Shown here piece after piece: positions 40,883 to 49,251 of a DNA stretch of 52,937 nt. The stretch's first letter is position 1, and each line of letters starts with the position of its first letter. A program made the translations under genes and the position numbers. Source of the stretch: Planctomycetota bacterium (GTDB lineage Bacteria > Planctomycetota > UBA1135 > UBA2386); contig VGXW01000003.1 of NCBI GenBank assembly GCA_016873195.1, positions 1-52,937 of the forward strand, written 5' to 3'. The notes under the pieces were generated by a model. That model saw only the letters and a list, made by a program, of their open reading frames with translations, was not told the DNA's origin and did not search any database.

Positions 40883-41146
40883 TTTGCTCGACAGAGGATC
40901 GGCGCCTCGGTCGGGAGGCGCGGCGGACCGAGCACGGTGCCGGGAGGACCCCGTCCGAGTCGTGCGGGCCGGTGCTCGTGCCCGGGTCGAGGTGGCGGGT
41001 CCGTCGAACTGCGTCTCGAGGGGTTCGCGGATCCCGTGCGCCGTTCGGGCTGCTGCCTCGTGCACGTTCCGGTCCGCTGGGGCAGCGAGCTCGCGAGTGC
41101 GCTCGCGTTCCACTGCACGGGCTGGCCGGCCGCACCTCGCGACGCA

Positions 41147-41824
41147 TCATGGAGCGGTCGCAGTTGTGGCCAGGACCAGGCAGCAGGCAGCGGCGAGGCT
41201 CGTGCGCAGCAACGGGGCCGCCGTCGCGTCTTGCACTTCGAGGTGCGCGTGCACGTCGTCGGAGTAGGGCCAGCCGCGCACGACCCACGTGCCGTCGGCG
41301 CCGGCACGGATGGATTGCAACGGTGGCGGCAGCGGCACCGGTAGCCCGCCGTGGGTCGCCGTGACCAGGAGGCGCCCGGCCGCGATCTGGTCCGGGGTGC
41401 CGTCGCGCAGCACGTAGACGTGTTCCTGCCCCGCGTCGCGCTCGACGGTCGCATCGAGTTCCGCGTCGTCGCGCACGGTGACCGCGACCTTGCGGGCGGG
41501 CAGCGTCGTGAGGCGCAGGAAGTTCCGCTCGGTGCCGAGCAGGTCGACCCAGTTGCCGCCGACCTCGGTGGCCGCCGCCGCGCGCACGACGACGATGGTC
41601 TGCGGCAGCCTGCCGAACACGAACTCGCCCGAACCATCGGTCAGGGTCGTGGCCAGCACGCGCCCGTCGGCCTCGGCCGTGACCTTCGCGGCTGGCACCG
41701 GCCGCTGCATCGCGTCGACGACGCGGCCCTCGAGGCGGGCGATGGCGTTGGCCGGGAGTCCGGGCTCCTGTGCCGGCAGCGACAGCAGCAGCAGCAGAAC
41801 GGCAGAGGGGGACCGTTCGCGCAT
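41147..41824 (-). CDS. Shortened paralog of the adjacent carboxypeptidase-regulatory-like domain protein, possibly a pseudogene
   Basis: MRERSPSAVLLL...ARLEGRVVD...TDGSGEF...RLPQ...LPPPL...WVVRGWP is collinear with 41899-43593 but internally deleted and C-terminally short. Confidence 0.6.
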   Translation of the reverse strand: MRERSPSAVLLLLLSLPAQEPGLPANAIARLEGRVVDAMQRPVPAAKVTAEADGRVLATTLTDGSGEFVFGRLPQTIVVVRAAAATEVGGNWVDLLGTERNFLRLTTLPARKVAVTVRDDAELDATVERDAGQEHVYVLRDGTPDQIAAGRLLVTATHGGLPVPLPPPLQSIRAGADGTWVVRGWPYSDDVHAHLEVQDATAAPLLRTSLAAACCLVLATTATAP

Positions 41825-41898
41825 CGCAGCAGTCTGCCAGGGCGTGCGTGCGCCCGTGGGCATGGCGGCAAGGGCCTCGTGCTCGCGTGCCGCGTGGC

Positions 41899-43593
41899 CT
41901 ACCGGGCGACGAGTGCCACCGCGGTTGCCTCTCCTGCCTCGACGACGGCCCGCGTCGTGCCGCCGTCCGGCAGCTGCAACCCGACGGCGCCGGGCACGAG
42001 CCCGTCGCAGCAGAAGCGCCCGTGGCGGCCGGCCACCAGCAGCCTCCGTCGCGGTCGATCGCCCGGGGCGTCGGCCGCCTGCAGCCAGAACCGCGCGCCC
42101 GGGGCCGGCGTGCCGTCCTCGGCCTGCACGGTGCCGGATACGGCGCCGCAGGGCTGCAGGGTCAACGGGCCGGCGTCCGTGACGCCCGCGCTGCCCGGTT
42201 CCACGTCCTGGACGAGCCAGCCGTCGCGGCCCACCAGGCGCAGCTGGAACAGCGCGTCCGCGGGCAGTCCGAGGCAAGCGATCTCGACGTTGCCGTCGAG
42301 GTCGCTCGAACCGATGCCGATCGGCAGCCAGCCGCCGTGCTGCGGGGCGGCGAGGCCCCCCCGGAAGCACACGTCGCAGCCGCGCGCAGGCGCGCCGGCG
42401 GGGGTGCGCAGGCGCATGCGCACCCCGTGGGCGCGCTGCAGCTGCAGCACGAGTTCGCTGCCCGGTTCGTGCCTGGCGACCCACCAGACCGGGTTGGGGT
42501 TGTTGCCCTGCAGCACCGCCACGGGCGACAGGGTGCGCAGCGCGTACTCGCCACGCGGGTCCACTGGCGACGGCAGCTCGAACGAACCGTCGGCGCGAAC
42601 GACCGCCGTGCGGCGCTGGCCATTGCCGGGCATGTCGGAGGTGGCTTGCACCATGAGCGGCAGGCCGGCTGCGAGCAGACCGGGTGCGTCGGCGATGCGG
42701 CCGCGCAGGCGGTGCGCGGCCGAGCCGAGCTGGAACGTGCAGGACGTGGTGCGGTCGCCGCCGAGGTGCCCGTTCTCGGGCGGATCGATGCAGGCGCCCG
42801 GCATGTCGAAACGCGCGCGCAGCAGGTCGGCTCTGGGCCAGCCGCGCAGCACCCACCGGCCCGGTGCTTCTGCAGCAGGGCGCGCGAGCGGCGGCGGCAG
42901 GGGGAAGCGCCGCGGTCCCTGCCAGGATTCGACGATCAGCACCGCCCGCTCGACTTCCGCCGCGGCGCCGCCCGCGAGCTCGATCGTGCGCGAGGTCCAC
43001 GCCTCGCGCGACAGTTCGCAGTCGAGCGCGACGTCCGCGGTGCCGTCGACGTCTTCGTCGGCCGCGTCGAAACCCTCCGCCCAGGCGACCACACGCGCCG
43101 GCCCCATCAACACGTGGCCGAGTTCGTAGCGGCCGTCCGCGCCGCTCCGCGCCGTGCAACTGGCGAGCGCCAGCTGCGGCAAGTCGGTCGGCGCCGCGGC
43201 GACCCAGGCGCCCGCCACCGGCTTGCCGTCCTCGTCCTTGACGAGGCCCGCCACCCTGCGCGCGGGCAGCAGCACGATCTCGGCGAAGCCGCACTGCTCG
43301 CCGAGCAGGTCGATCTGCAGCGCGCCGACGTCGGGGCCGGCGGAGGTCGCGCGCACGACGACGAAGGCCTGCGGCAGGCGCGGCAGCAGGAACGTGCCCG
43401 AGCCGTCGCTGCGCGTGCGCGCGACCTCGAGGCCGTCGAGTTCAGCGACGACGAGTGCGTTGGGGACCGGTGCACGCAGCGGATCGAGCACGAGTCCTTC
43501 GAGCCGCGCGCGGCCGCCGCCCGGCTGCGGCAGGATCTGCGCGGACAGCGACGCCGCGAGCCACAGGACGGCAGAGGGGATCCGTTCCTGCAT
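41899..43593 (-). CDS. Secreted protein with carboxypeptidase-regulatory-like (prealbumin-fold) repeats
   Basis: Signal peptide; repeats GLVLDPLRAPVPNALV, GLVKDEDGKPVAGAWV, GTVQAEDGTPAPGA. Confidence 0.8.
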   Translation of the reverse strand: MQERIPSAVLWLAASLSAQILPQPGGGRARLEGLVLDPLRAPVPNALVVAELDGLEVARTRSDGSGTFLLPRLPQAFVVVRATSAGPDVGALQIDLLGEQCGFAEIVLLPARRVAGLVKDEDGKPVAGAWVAAAPTDLPQLALASCTARSGADGRYELGHVLMGPARVVAWAEGFDAADEDVDGTADVALDCELSREAWTSRTIELAGGAAAEVERAVLIVESWQGPRRFPLPPPLARPAAEAPGRWVLRGWPRADLLRARFDMPGACIDPPENGHLGGDRTTSCTFQLGSAAHRLRGRIADAPGLLAAGLPLMVQATSDMPGNGQRRTAVVRADGSFELPSPVDPRGEYALRTLSPVAVLQGNNPNPVWWVARHEPGSELVLQLQRAHGVRMRLRTPAGAPARGCDVCFRGGLAAPQHGGWLPIGIGSSDLDGNVEIACLGLPADALFQLRLVGRDGWLVQDVEPGSAGVTDAGPLTLQPCGAVSGTVQAEDGTPAPGARFWLQAADAPGDRPRRRLLVAGRHGRFCCDGLVPGAVGLQLPDGGTTRAVVEAGEATAVALVAR

Positions 43594-43693
43594 GGCGGCA
43601 GTCTACTGGCAACGCATGCGCCGGTGGGCGCATGGGCCCCTGGGCCGCAGTCCACCTGGCCCCGCGCCCGGGCCTCTGGCAGAATTCGCGCCC

Positions 43694-44809
43694 ATGCGCC
43701 ACGGACTGCTCGCCGCCGTTCCGTTCGTCCTGCACCTGACCGCGCTGCTGCCTGCCCAGGAGATCACCTGGTGGCAGAAGACCTTCGAGGAAGCGCTCGC
43801 CGCCAGCAAGGACAGCAAGGCCGCGATGCTGCTGCTCTACTGCTGGCAGGACAACAGCGACCCGTGCACGTCGATGTTCAGCGGCACGATGAAGGAGAAG
43901 GAGGTGGCGACGGCGCTCGGCGACTTCGTCTGCATGGGCGCGAAGCTCGAGGATCCGGCGCAGAAGGCCGTGCTCGACAAGTACGGCATCGAGAAGCTGC
44001 CGACCGTGCTGTTCCTGACGCCCGAGGGCACCGTCGTCGACGCCGTGCCCGGCTACGTGCCGGTCGTGGACTTCCTCGCCGAGGTCACGCGCATCCGTGC
44101 TGGCACCAAGACGCTCGCGGCGCTGCGGCAGGCGGCGGCCGAGAAGCCCGGCGACCTCGCGCTGCAACTCGAACTCGTGCACAAGCTGCGCGCGACCGGC
44201 GACAAGAAGGGCTCGCTCGCGGTGATCGACGCGATCGTCGCCAAGGATCCGAAGGCGACGAGCGAGCAGGCCGCCGAGGCGATGCTGCTGAAGCTCAGCG
44301 ACCAGATCTTCAAGCCCGAAGCCGACCCGAAGAACTACGACCTGAAGCCGCTGCGCGAGTTCCTGAACAAGCAGAAGAACAAGCGCGTGCTGTTCCTCGG
44401 TTGGGACCGCGTCTTCGCGGCGGAGTGGAAGCGCGACAACCTCAAGGTCGCGTGCGATGCCGCGGAGAAGGCCTGGAAGAACATCCCGCCGGACCAGGTG
44501 CGGGTCTGGGGCCAGGATTACGCGAGCAAGGCCCTCGAGGCCTGGAAGGAGCTCGAGAAGATCGACAAGGGCATCCTGAAGCAGGCGCTCGAGGTCAGCA
44601 AGAAGGCGCTCGACGAGGTCGAGAAGAAGCACAAGGCGGCACCCGATCCGGCCTTCTTCGCGAACGCGATGTACCTGCACGCGGCGCTGCTCAACGTGAG
44701 CAACCTGCGCAAGGAAGCGTTCGCGCTGATGGACAAGGCGATCGCGCTGGACCCGCAGAACGAGAACCTGAAGAAGGCCAAGGCCGCGTGGATGGACGGC
44801 AGCAAGTGA
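43694..44809 (+). CDS. Secreted thioredoxin-fold protein with helical/TPR C-terminus
   Basis: Signal peptide ...LLPA-Q; WWQKTFEEALA...LYCWQDNSDPC...YGIEKLPTVLFLTPEG. Confidence 0.78.
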   Translation: MRHGLLAAVPFVLHLTALLPAQEITWWQKTFEEALAASKDSKAAMLLLYCWQDNSDPCTSMFSGTMKEKEVATALGDFVCMGAKLEDPAQKAVLDKYGIEKLPTVLFLTPEGTVVDAVPGYVPVVDFLAEVTRIRAGTKTLAALRQAAAEKPGDLALQLELVHKLRATGDKKGSLAVIDAIVAKDPKATSEQAAEAMLLKLSDQIFKPEADPKNYDLKPLREFLNKQKNKRVLFLGWDRVFAAEWKRDNLKVACDAAEKAWKNIPPDQVRVWGQDYASKALEAWKELEKIDKGILKQALEVSKKALDEVEKKHKAAPDPAFFANAMYLHAALLNVSNLRKEAFALMDKAIALDPQNENLKKAKAAWMDGSK

Positions 44810-44854
44810 CGGCCGCGCCGGCCCCGCGTGTCCCGGCACTGCGTCGCCAGCAGA

Positions 44855-45016
44855 CCGCCGAAGGGCCACGACGAAGCTGTGGCGGTTCCGACCGGCCGGC
44901 GCGACCTCGCGGGACGCACGAACGAGACGGGGTTCCGCCGCCGACTCGACGTGCTGCGCGCCGACCATGCTCGGAAGACCAGGCTGATCGAACGGCTGCG
45001 CGACGCGGGGCGGTGA
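44855..45016 (+). pseudogene. C-terminal fragment resembling the tail of SWIM-finger-associated helical proteins
   Basis: PKGHDEAVAV...RDLA...FRRRLDVLRADHARKTRLIERL resembles the YDEAV..L..LRDLA...F...L..LR..H.RK..L tail. Confidence 0.4.
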
Positions 45017-45136
45017 CGCCGCTCGGCTGCCCAGGGTGACGGCTGCCGGCCACGGCGTCCGGGCCGGACTCCGTCGTGCGCTCGCTGCCGAGCAGGCGAA
45101 CGCCTGGCGGGAGTCGGGGGGGCGGCCTTCACGAGC

Positions 45137-46576
45137 TCACTCCGTGTTGCGCATTCGCTCGCGGAGGCGACGGGAGAGCGTCTGCCGGGCCAGCAGCAGG
45201 CTCTTGATCACCCGGCTGGCGAGGGGCGGTCCTCCCGCCCTGACGAGCAGCTCGACGAGGCGATCCGGACCGACCACTTCGCCGCTCTGCAGGCACCGGT
45301 CGAGTTCGGCGCAGAACCGCGACCAGGCGGAACTCGTGAGCCCCAGATCGCGGTCGGCAAGGCCCACCCGGCCGTCGGCGAGCTGGGCCACGGGATAGCG
45401 CGGCTGCCAGTTCGCTCCCAGTCGCCGGTACTCGCGCGCCCGTTGCAGCAACTCGGCAAGCGGCATGGGGGCGCCGTGCGCACGCAATTCCGCGACCACG
45501 AGGTCGAGAATTCGCCGCCGCTCCTTGTGCACGGCGGCAAGGCCCCAGACGGACCGTCCGAGATCGGCGAGCTCGGGGACTTCGTGCAGCAGCGACTCGA
45601 ACGCTGCCACGGACAGTCCGGGAGCCCATTCGGCACCGGCTTCGGCCGCCGCCGCCAGGAGGTCGGCGGTTCGCCACTGCAGGTCGGGCTCGCACTCGCA
45701 GAGCGCGACGATGTCGGCGCGCACGGCCGGCAGCAGATGCAGCCTGTCGGCGACGGCTTCGCGAGCCAGGTAGACGCCCTGCGCCGCGCGGACGACCCGC
45801 GCCTTGGCGAGCGCCGCGCTCAGGGCAGGCGGCTGCAGCGGCGACAGTTCGCGCAGCAGCTCGGCGAATGACATCGGTCGTCCGGCAGCGCGCAGCACCT
45901 CCTCGATGCGCTCGGCCACGGTCGGCGCCCGCCGTGCCGGCCCGGCGCCGCGATCGAGTCGAGCGACCACCACGGACTGGAGATCCGGCACCATGAAGTC
46001 GCGCAGGATCTCGCCGAGCAGCCTGCGCTCGAGCCCGGGATCACGACCGCCCGGATCCCGACGTTCGAGTTCTTGCCGACACCGTTCGACGAGGGCGGCG
46101 CAGTCCGCGCCGCGGAGGTCGGTGACGTAGGGGCCTTCCGCGCCGTCGACCAGCCGGTGCCGGCACCGGAGCGTCCGCAGGGCCCCCTGGATCCAGCCGA
46201 CGTGCTCGTCGATGCCCACGAACCAGGGGTCGAGGCCCGGGAGATCCGCGACGCGCAGCGGCGTGGTACGCCCGATGCGCAGGCGCAGCAGCGGGGCATC
46301 GATGCGGTCGGGATCGAGCGAATGCAAGCGCCGCAGCACCCGCGCCTCGAGCTGACCGACACGCGAGCGCGACACCCCCAGTCGCCGGCCCACTTCCTCG
46401 AGCGTGGCCGGCGAGCGGGCGAACGTGCGCAGGTCGGCGACCAGGCGCTGTCGCGGGTCGAGCTTCGCGAGGGCACGGTCCAGACAACCGACGAGCGTTG
46501 GCACGGCAGCTGCGAGGCGTGGGGAGGCGCCCATCCCGTGATTCTGTGCGTCGGGGACGCGCCCGCAAGGGTTCAT
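45137..46576 (-). CDS. Sigma-70 region 4 HTH protein with winged-helix-like repeats
   Basis: LDPRQRLV...TLEEVGRRLGVSRSRVGQLEARVLRRL; IEEVLRAAGRPMSFAEL; VVAELRAHGAPMPLAEL. Start uncertain. Confidence 0.7.
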   Translation of the reverse strand: MNPCGRVPDAQNHGMGASPRLAAAVPTLVGCLDRALAKLDPRQRLVADLRTFARSPATLEEVGRRLGVSRSRVGQLEARVLRRLHSLDPDRIDAPLLRLRIGRTTPLRVADLPGLDPWFVGIDEHVGWIQGALRTLRCRHRLVDGAEGPYVTDLRGADCAALVERCRQELERRDPGGRDPGLERRLLGEILRDFMVPDLQSVVVARLDRGAGPARRAPTVAERIEEVLRAAGRPMSFAELLRELSPLQPPALSAALAKARVVRAAQGVYLAREAVADRLHLLPAVRADIVALCECEPDLQWRTADLLAAAAEAGAEWAPGLSVAAFESLLHEVPELADLGRSVWGLAAVHKERRRILDLVVAELRAHGAPMPLAELLQRAREYRRLGANWQPRYPVAQLADGRVGLADRDLGLTSSAWSRFCAELDRCLQSGEVVGPDRLVELLVRAGGPPLASRVIKSLLLARQTLSRRLRERMRNTE

Positions 46577-46736
46577 GCGGTGGCGCCTCCACTGGTGGGT
46601 GTCAAGGTAGTTGTCGCCTGAATGTGGAGAAGGGTGGTCACGCGACGGCCTCGCAGCCGGCGATGCCGCCGGCTCGACGTTCGACTCGGAGCCCGTCGTT
46701 CCGTAGAAGACCCCGGTGCACGACGCTGCCCGACGC

Positions 46737-47204
46737 ATGGACGAAGCCGAGGTCACGAAGCTGCTGGCCCGCCTGCGGCCGCTGCTCGACCACCTCGCCG
46801 CCGAGTCCGGGCTTTCGATCTCGGTCGGCAAGGCGAGCTACACCAGGCACAACGCCGTGTTCGCGATCGAGGCCGCGGTCCGCGGCGCCGGCGGCGTCGC
46901 GATGGGCCGCGAGGCCGAGGCGTTCCTGCGGGAGGCGATCCGGTTCGGCCTGCAACCCGACGACCTCGGCCGGGACTTCCAGCACTTCGACACGTGGTAT
47001 CGGATCCTCGGCATGAAGCCGCGGTCGAAGTGCCCGGTGGTCTGCGCGCAGATCGCGTCGCCGGCGGAGGCCCTGCACCTGTTCCCGGCGCACCTCGTCC
47101 GGCACTACCTGGAGGCCCACGGCATGCGGACGAAGGTGTCGCCGCACGCGCGGGTCGATCTCGGCGGCGACGAGCCCGGCGAACCGCCGGCGGTGTCGCC
47201 GTGA
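46737..47204 (+). CDS. Hypothetical protein (phage-like)
   Basis: Coding-like composition; FGLQPDDLGRDF...YRILGMKPRSKCPV; GTGA overlap with the next gene. Confidence 0.6.
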   Translation: MDEAEVTKLLARLRPLLDHLAAESGLSISVGKASYTRHNAVFAIEAAVRGAGGVAMGREAEAFLREAIRFGLQPDDLGRDFQHFDTWYRILGMKPRSKCPVVCAQIASPAEALHLFPAHLVRHYLEAHGMRTKVSPHARVDLGGDEPGEPPAVSP

Positions 47205-47866
47205 CCATCGGCTGCCGCACCAACGCGATCTTCCAGGAGGCCGTGGCCGCCGGTCTCGACCTCGAGATCGACCTGCTGGAGCACGAAGGGCAGAAGTTCG
47301 GCGATCGCAAGCTGGCCAGGATCTTCGGCGGCGAGATCGGCGTGGTTCGCGAACTCCGCCGGCTGCGCGACCTCAACGCCGCCGTCGGGCACTACGAACT
47401 CGGCGCCTACCACAACGCGCTGCTGTTCTCGTTCCTGGTCGGGTTCATCGAGAGCATGCACGAGGTGCACGACGGCGGGCTCGTGTTCGGCGATGGGCGC
47501 TACCTGGTCCGGGCGATCGACGCCGGCGCGTTCGAGGCCACGTTCTTCGCCGACACCGACTTCGCGCTGCCGGCGAACGTCGTCAACGACCTCGGCGCCG
47601 GCAAGGCGCTGCTCGGTTTCGACGCCGGGGTGTTCGGCGTCGTGAACGAACTGGCGCCGCATGCCGAGGAACTGCAGGTGCGATCGGCCCCGCGGGACGC
47701 CGTCGAGCCGATCGTCGAGGTGACGGCCGAGCGCGAGGCCGAGCTTCGTCGCCGGCACCGGACCGCCCCGGCGGCCGTGGCGCGCGAGATCGCGGCGCCG
47801 GGCGTGCGCACCCGGCGCGGCGAGCTGTTCCCGTGGTGGCCCGCGTGGCTCGATCCGCAGGCCTGA
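47201..47866 (+). CDS. Hypothetical protein
   Basis: GTG start overlapping the upstream stop; globular composition with high GC3. Confidence 0.6.
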   Translation: MTIGCRTNAIFQEAVAAGLDLEIDLLEHEGQKFGDRKLARIFGGEIGVVRELRRLRDLNAAVGHYELGAYHNALLFSFLVGFIESMHEVHDGGLVFGDGRYLVRAIDAGAFEATFFADTDFALPANVVNDLGAGKALLGFDAGVFGVVNELAPHAEELQVRSAPRDAVEPIVEVTAEREAELRRRHRTAPAAVAREIAAPGVRTRRGELFPWWPAWLDPQA

Positions 47867-48173
47867 ACGGCCACGACGTCGGGCTGCCGCCAGCAGGGTC
47901 GGTTGCGCTGGCGCAGCAGGGCTTCGCTCCACGCAGCCGGGTTCTGTCGAACAAGCGCTCCTCTCCGCCCGTCCGCGGAGAGCACCCGGGCCGGTGGCGG
48001 TTCTTCGATCCCGAATCACCGTGGAGGCCGCACAGCACCCGCCGACGCGAACTCCAGGCACCGTTTCGCCGCCGCAACCCCGCGCCGCATCGGCCTTCAC
48101 GGCCGCCCTGCGTACACGACACCGCCCCGCGGTTGCACACCGCGAGGCGGGGTTCCACTGCTGCGAGCGGAGG

Positions 48174-48249
48174 TGGCTCCTCGAGTAGGACTTGAACCTA
48201 CGACCCGGTGATTAACAGTCACCTGCTCTACCGACTGAGCTATCGAGGA
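48174..48249 (-). tRNA. tRNA-Asn (GTT)
   Basis: TCCTCGATAGCTCAGTCGGTAGAGCAGGTGACTGTTAATCACCGGGTCGTAGGTTCAAGTCCTACTCGAGGAGCCA; full cloverleaf with CCA. Confidence 0.97.
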
Positions 48250-48487
48250 TCGCGACCGGGCTTTCGGCCCGGTGGGGGCAGAGACCTTAGCGGCCTGCGC
48301 GGACGGGTCAAGACTCCGCTGGCAGCGACGGCAGAGCCCAGTGCGCCACCGTGGCGAGAACAGGAGCCCCGAACAGGGGCGCGCCCGCCGGCACACCACG
48401 CGGGAACCGGCGGGACCGCCCGTCTCCGCGGCGGCACGGCCCCGAGGAGCAGGCCACTGCAGGCAGGCCAGCGCTGCCAAGGCAACG

Positions 48488-48545
48488 CCGCAGCGGCGCC
48501 GAGTGCGCGCTTCGCCCCGGACGTGTCGCCGCGTTGCGGCGTACG
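48488..48545 (-). repeat. REP-like dispersed repeat, copy 2
   Basis: Reverse complement is 55/58 identical to 21315-21372; begins 7 nt after the TGA at 48553. Confidence 0.85.
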
Positions 48546-48552
48546 GGGGGGC

Positions 48553-49134
48553 TCAGTGCTTCGCGACTTCCATCTTGCGCAGGCGCAGCTTCTCGGTGCC
48601 GGCCAGCGCGTTCTTGACCATCTCGTCGGTGAAGGCCTTCTTGTCCTTCACGAAGAGGAGGGCCTTGCCGTTGAGGCCGTTCGGGTGGACCCGGATGACT
48701 CCTTCGAGCTTGCTCAAGACGTCACGCGTCTCGATGGCCGTGCTCATTCAACCAAGTCCGGCGACTTGTGCCTCGTAGACCACCTCGGCCTTCGGCAGTT
48801 CGACCTCGTTGATGCTCTTGACCCGCACCTTCTTGATCCGCTCGTCGGCCAGCGCCTTGTTGAGCGCCTCGACCTCCGGGGGGTGCTTGCCGACGTCGCA
48901 GTAGCCGATGCCGGTGGTGTCGAAGATCAGGTTCTTGATGCCTTTCTGTTTGATCAGGATCGCACGGACCCTGGCGGCCTCGGAGGCCGCCCCTCAACCT
49001 CCCAGTCCGGTCGTTTCGATCTTGAAGAGCTTCTCGGTGCCGTCCTTGGCGGGGGCTGCTGGCGCCTGGGTCTGGGCCAGGGCCGGAAGGGCCAGGGTCA
49101 GGGCAGCGAGCAGCATGCGCGCTGGCGTTCTCAT
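48553..49134 (-). CDS. Candidate secreted double-HMA-domain selenoprotein (in-frame UGA at codons 47 and 129)
   Basis: Manual translation: MRTPARMLLAALTLALPALAQ...KLFKIETTGLGG-U-GAASEAARVRAILIKQKGIKNL...VVYEAQVAGLG-U-MSTAIETRDVLSKLEGVIRV...EVAKH*. AAGGA RBS upstream and a SECIS-like hairpin after each UGA. Confidence 0.8.
48714..48734 (-). promoter_or_regulatory. SECIS-like hairpin for the UGA at 48750-48748
   Basis: UCGAGACG-CGUGA-CGUCUUGA; 8-bp stem (one G-U), loop G 23 nt after the UGA. Confidence 0.7.
48955..48973 (-). promoter_or_regulatory. SECIS-like hairpin for the UGA at 48996-48994
   Basis: CAGGGUC-CGUGC-GAUCCUG; 7-bp stem (one G-U), loop G 29 nt after the UGA. Confidence 0.65.
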
Positions 49135-49251
49135 GTGTGCGTGGTTCCTTGGTGGCCACCGGGAATCGGCTGGCCCATCGAGCGCGGAGTATCGGCCGCA
49201 ACCGGCCCGACACGCAAGCCCCGGTATGGGCTGGTGCAGGTTCGTTGCGAG

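Noticed and set aside
48122-48150. Hairpin downstream of tRNA-Asn as an intrinsic terminator
   Set aside because: The stem is plausible but there is no U-tract, and GC hairpins arise easily here.
48553-48747. 64-aa stand-alone ORF from the track
   Set aside because: Its ATG directly follows an in-frame TGA, and the upstream frame continues the HMA pattern; it is better explained as the tail of the read-through protein.
48748-48996. Genome-wide UGA reassignment (Trp/Gly) as the explanation for the in-frame TGAs
   Set aside because: TGA terminates conserved genes at their expected ends (fdsA, fdsB, pckA, asnB), and Trp is encoded by TGG.
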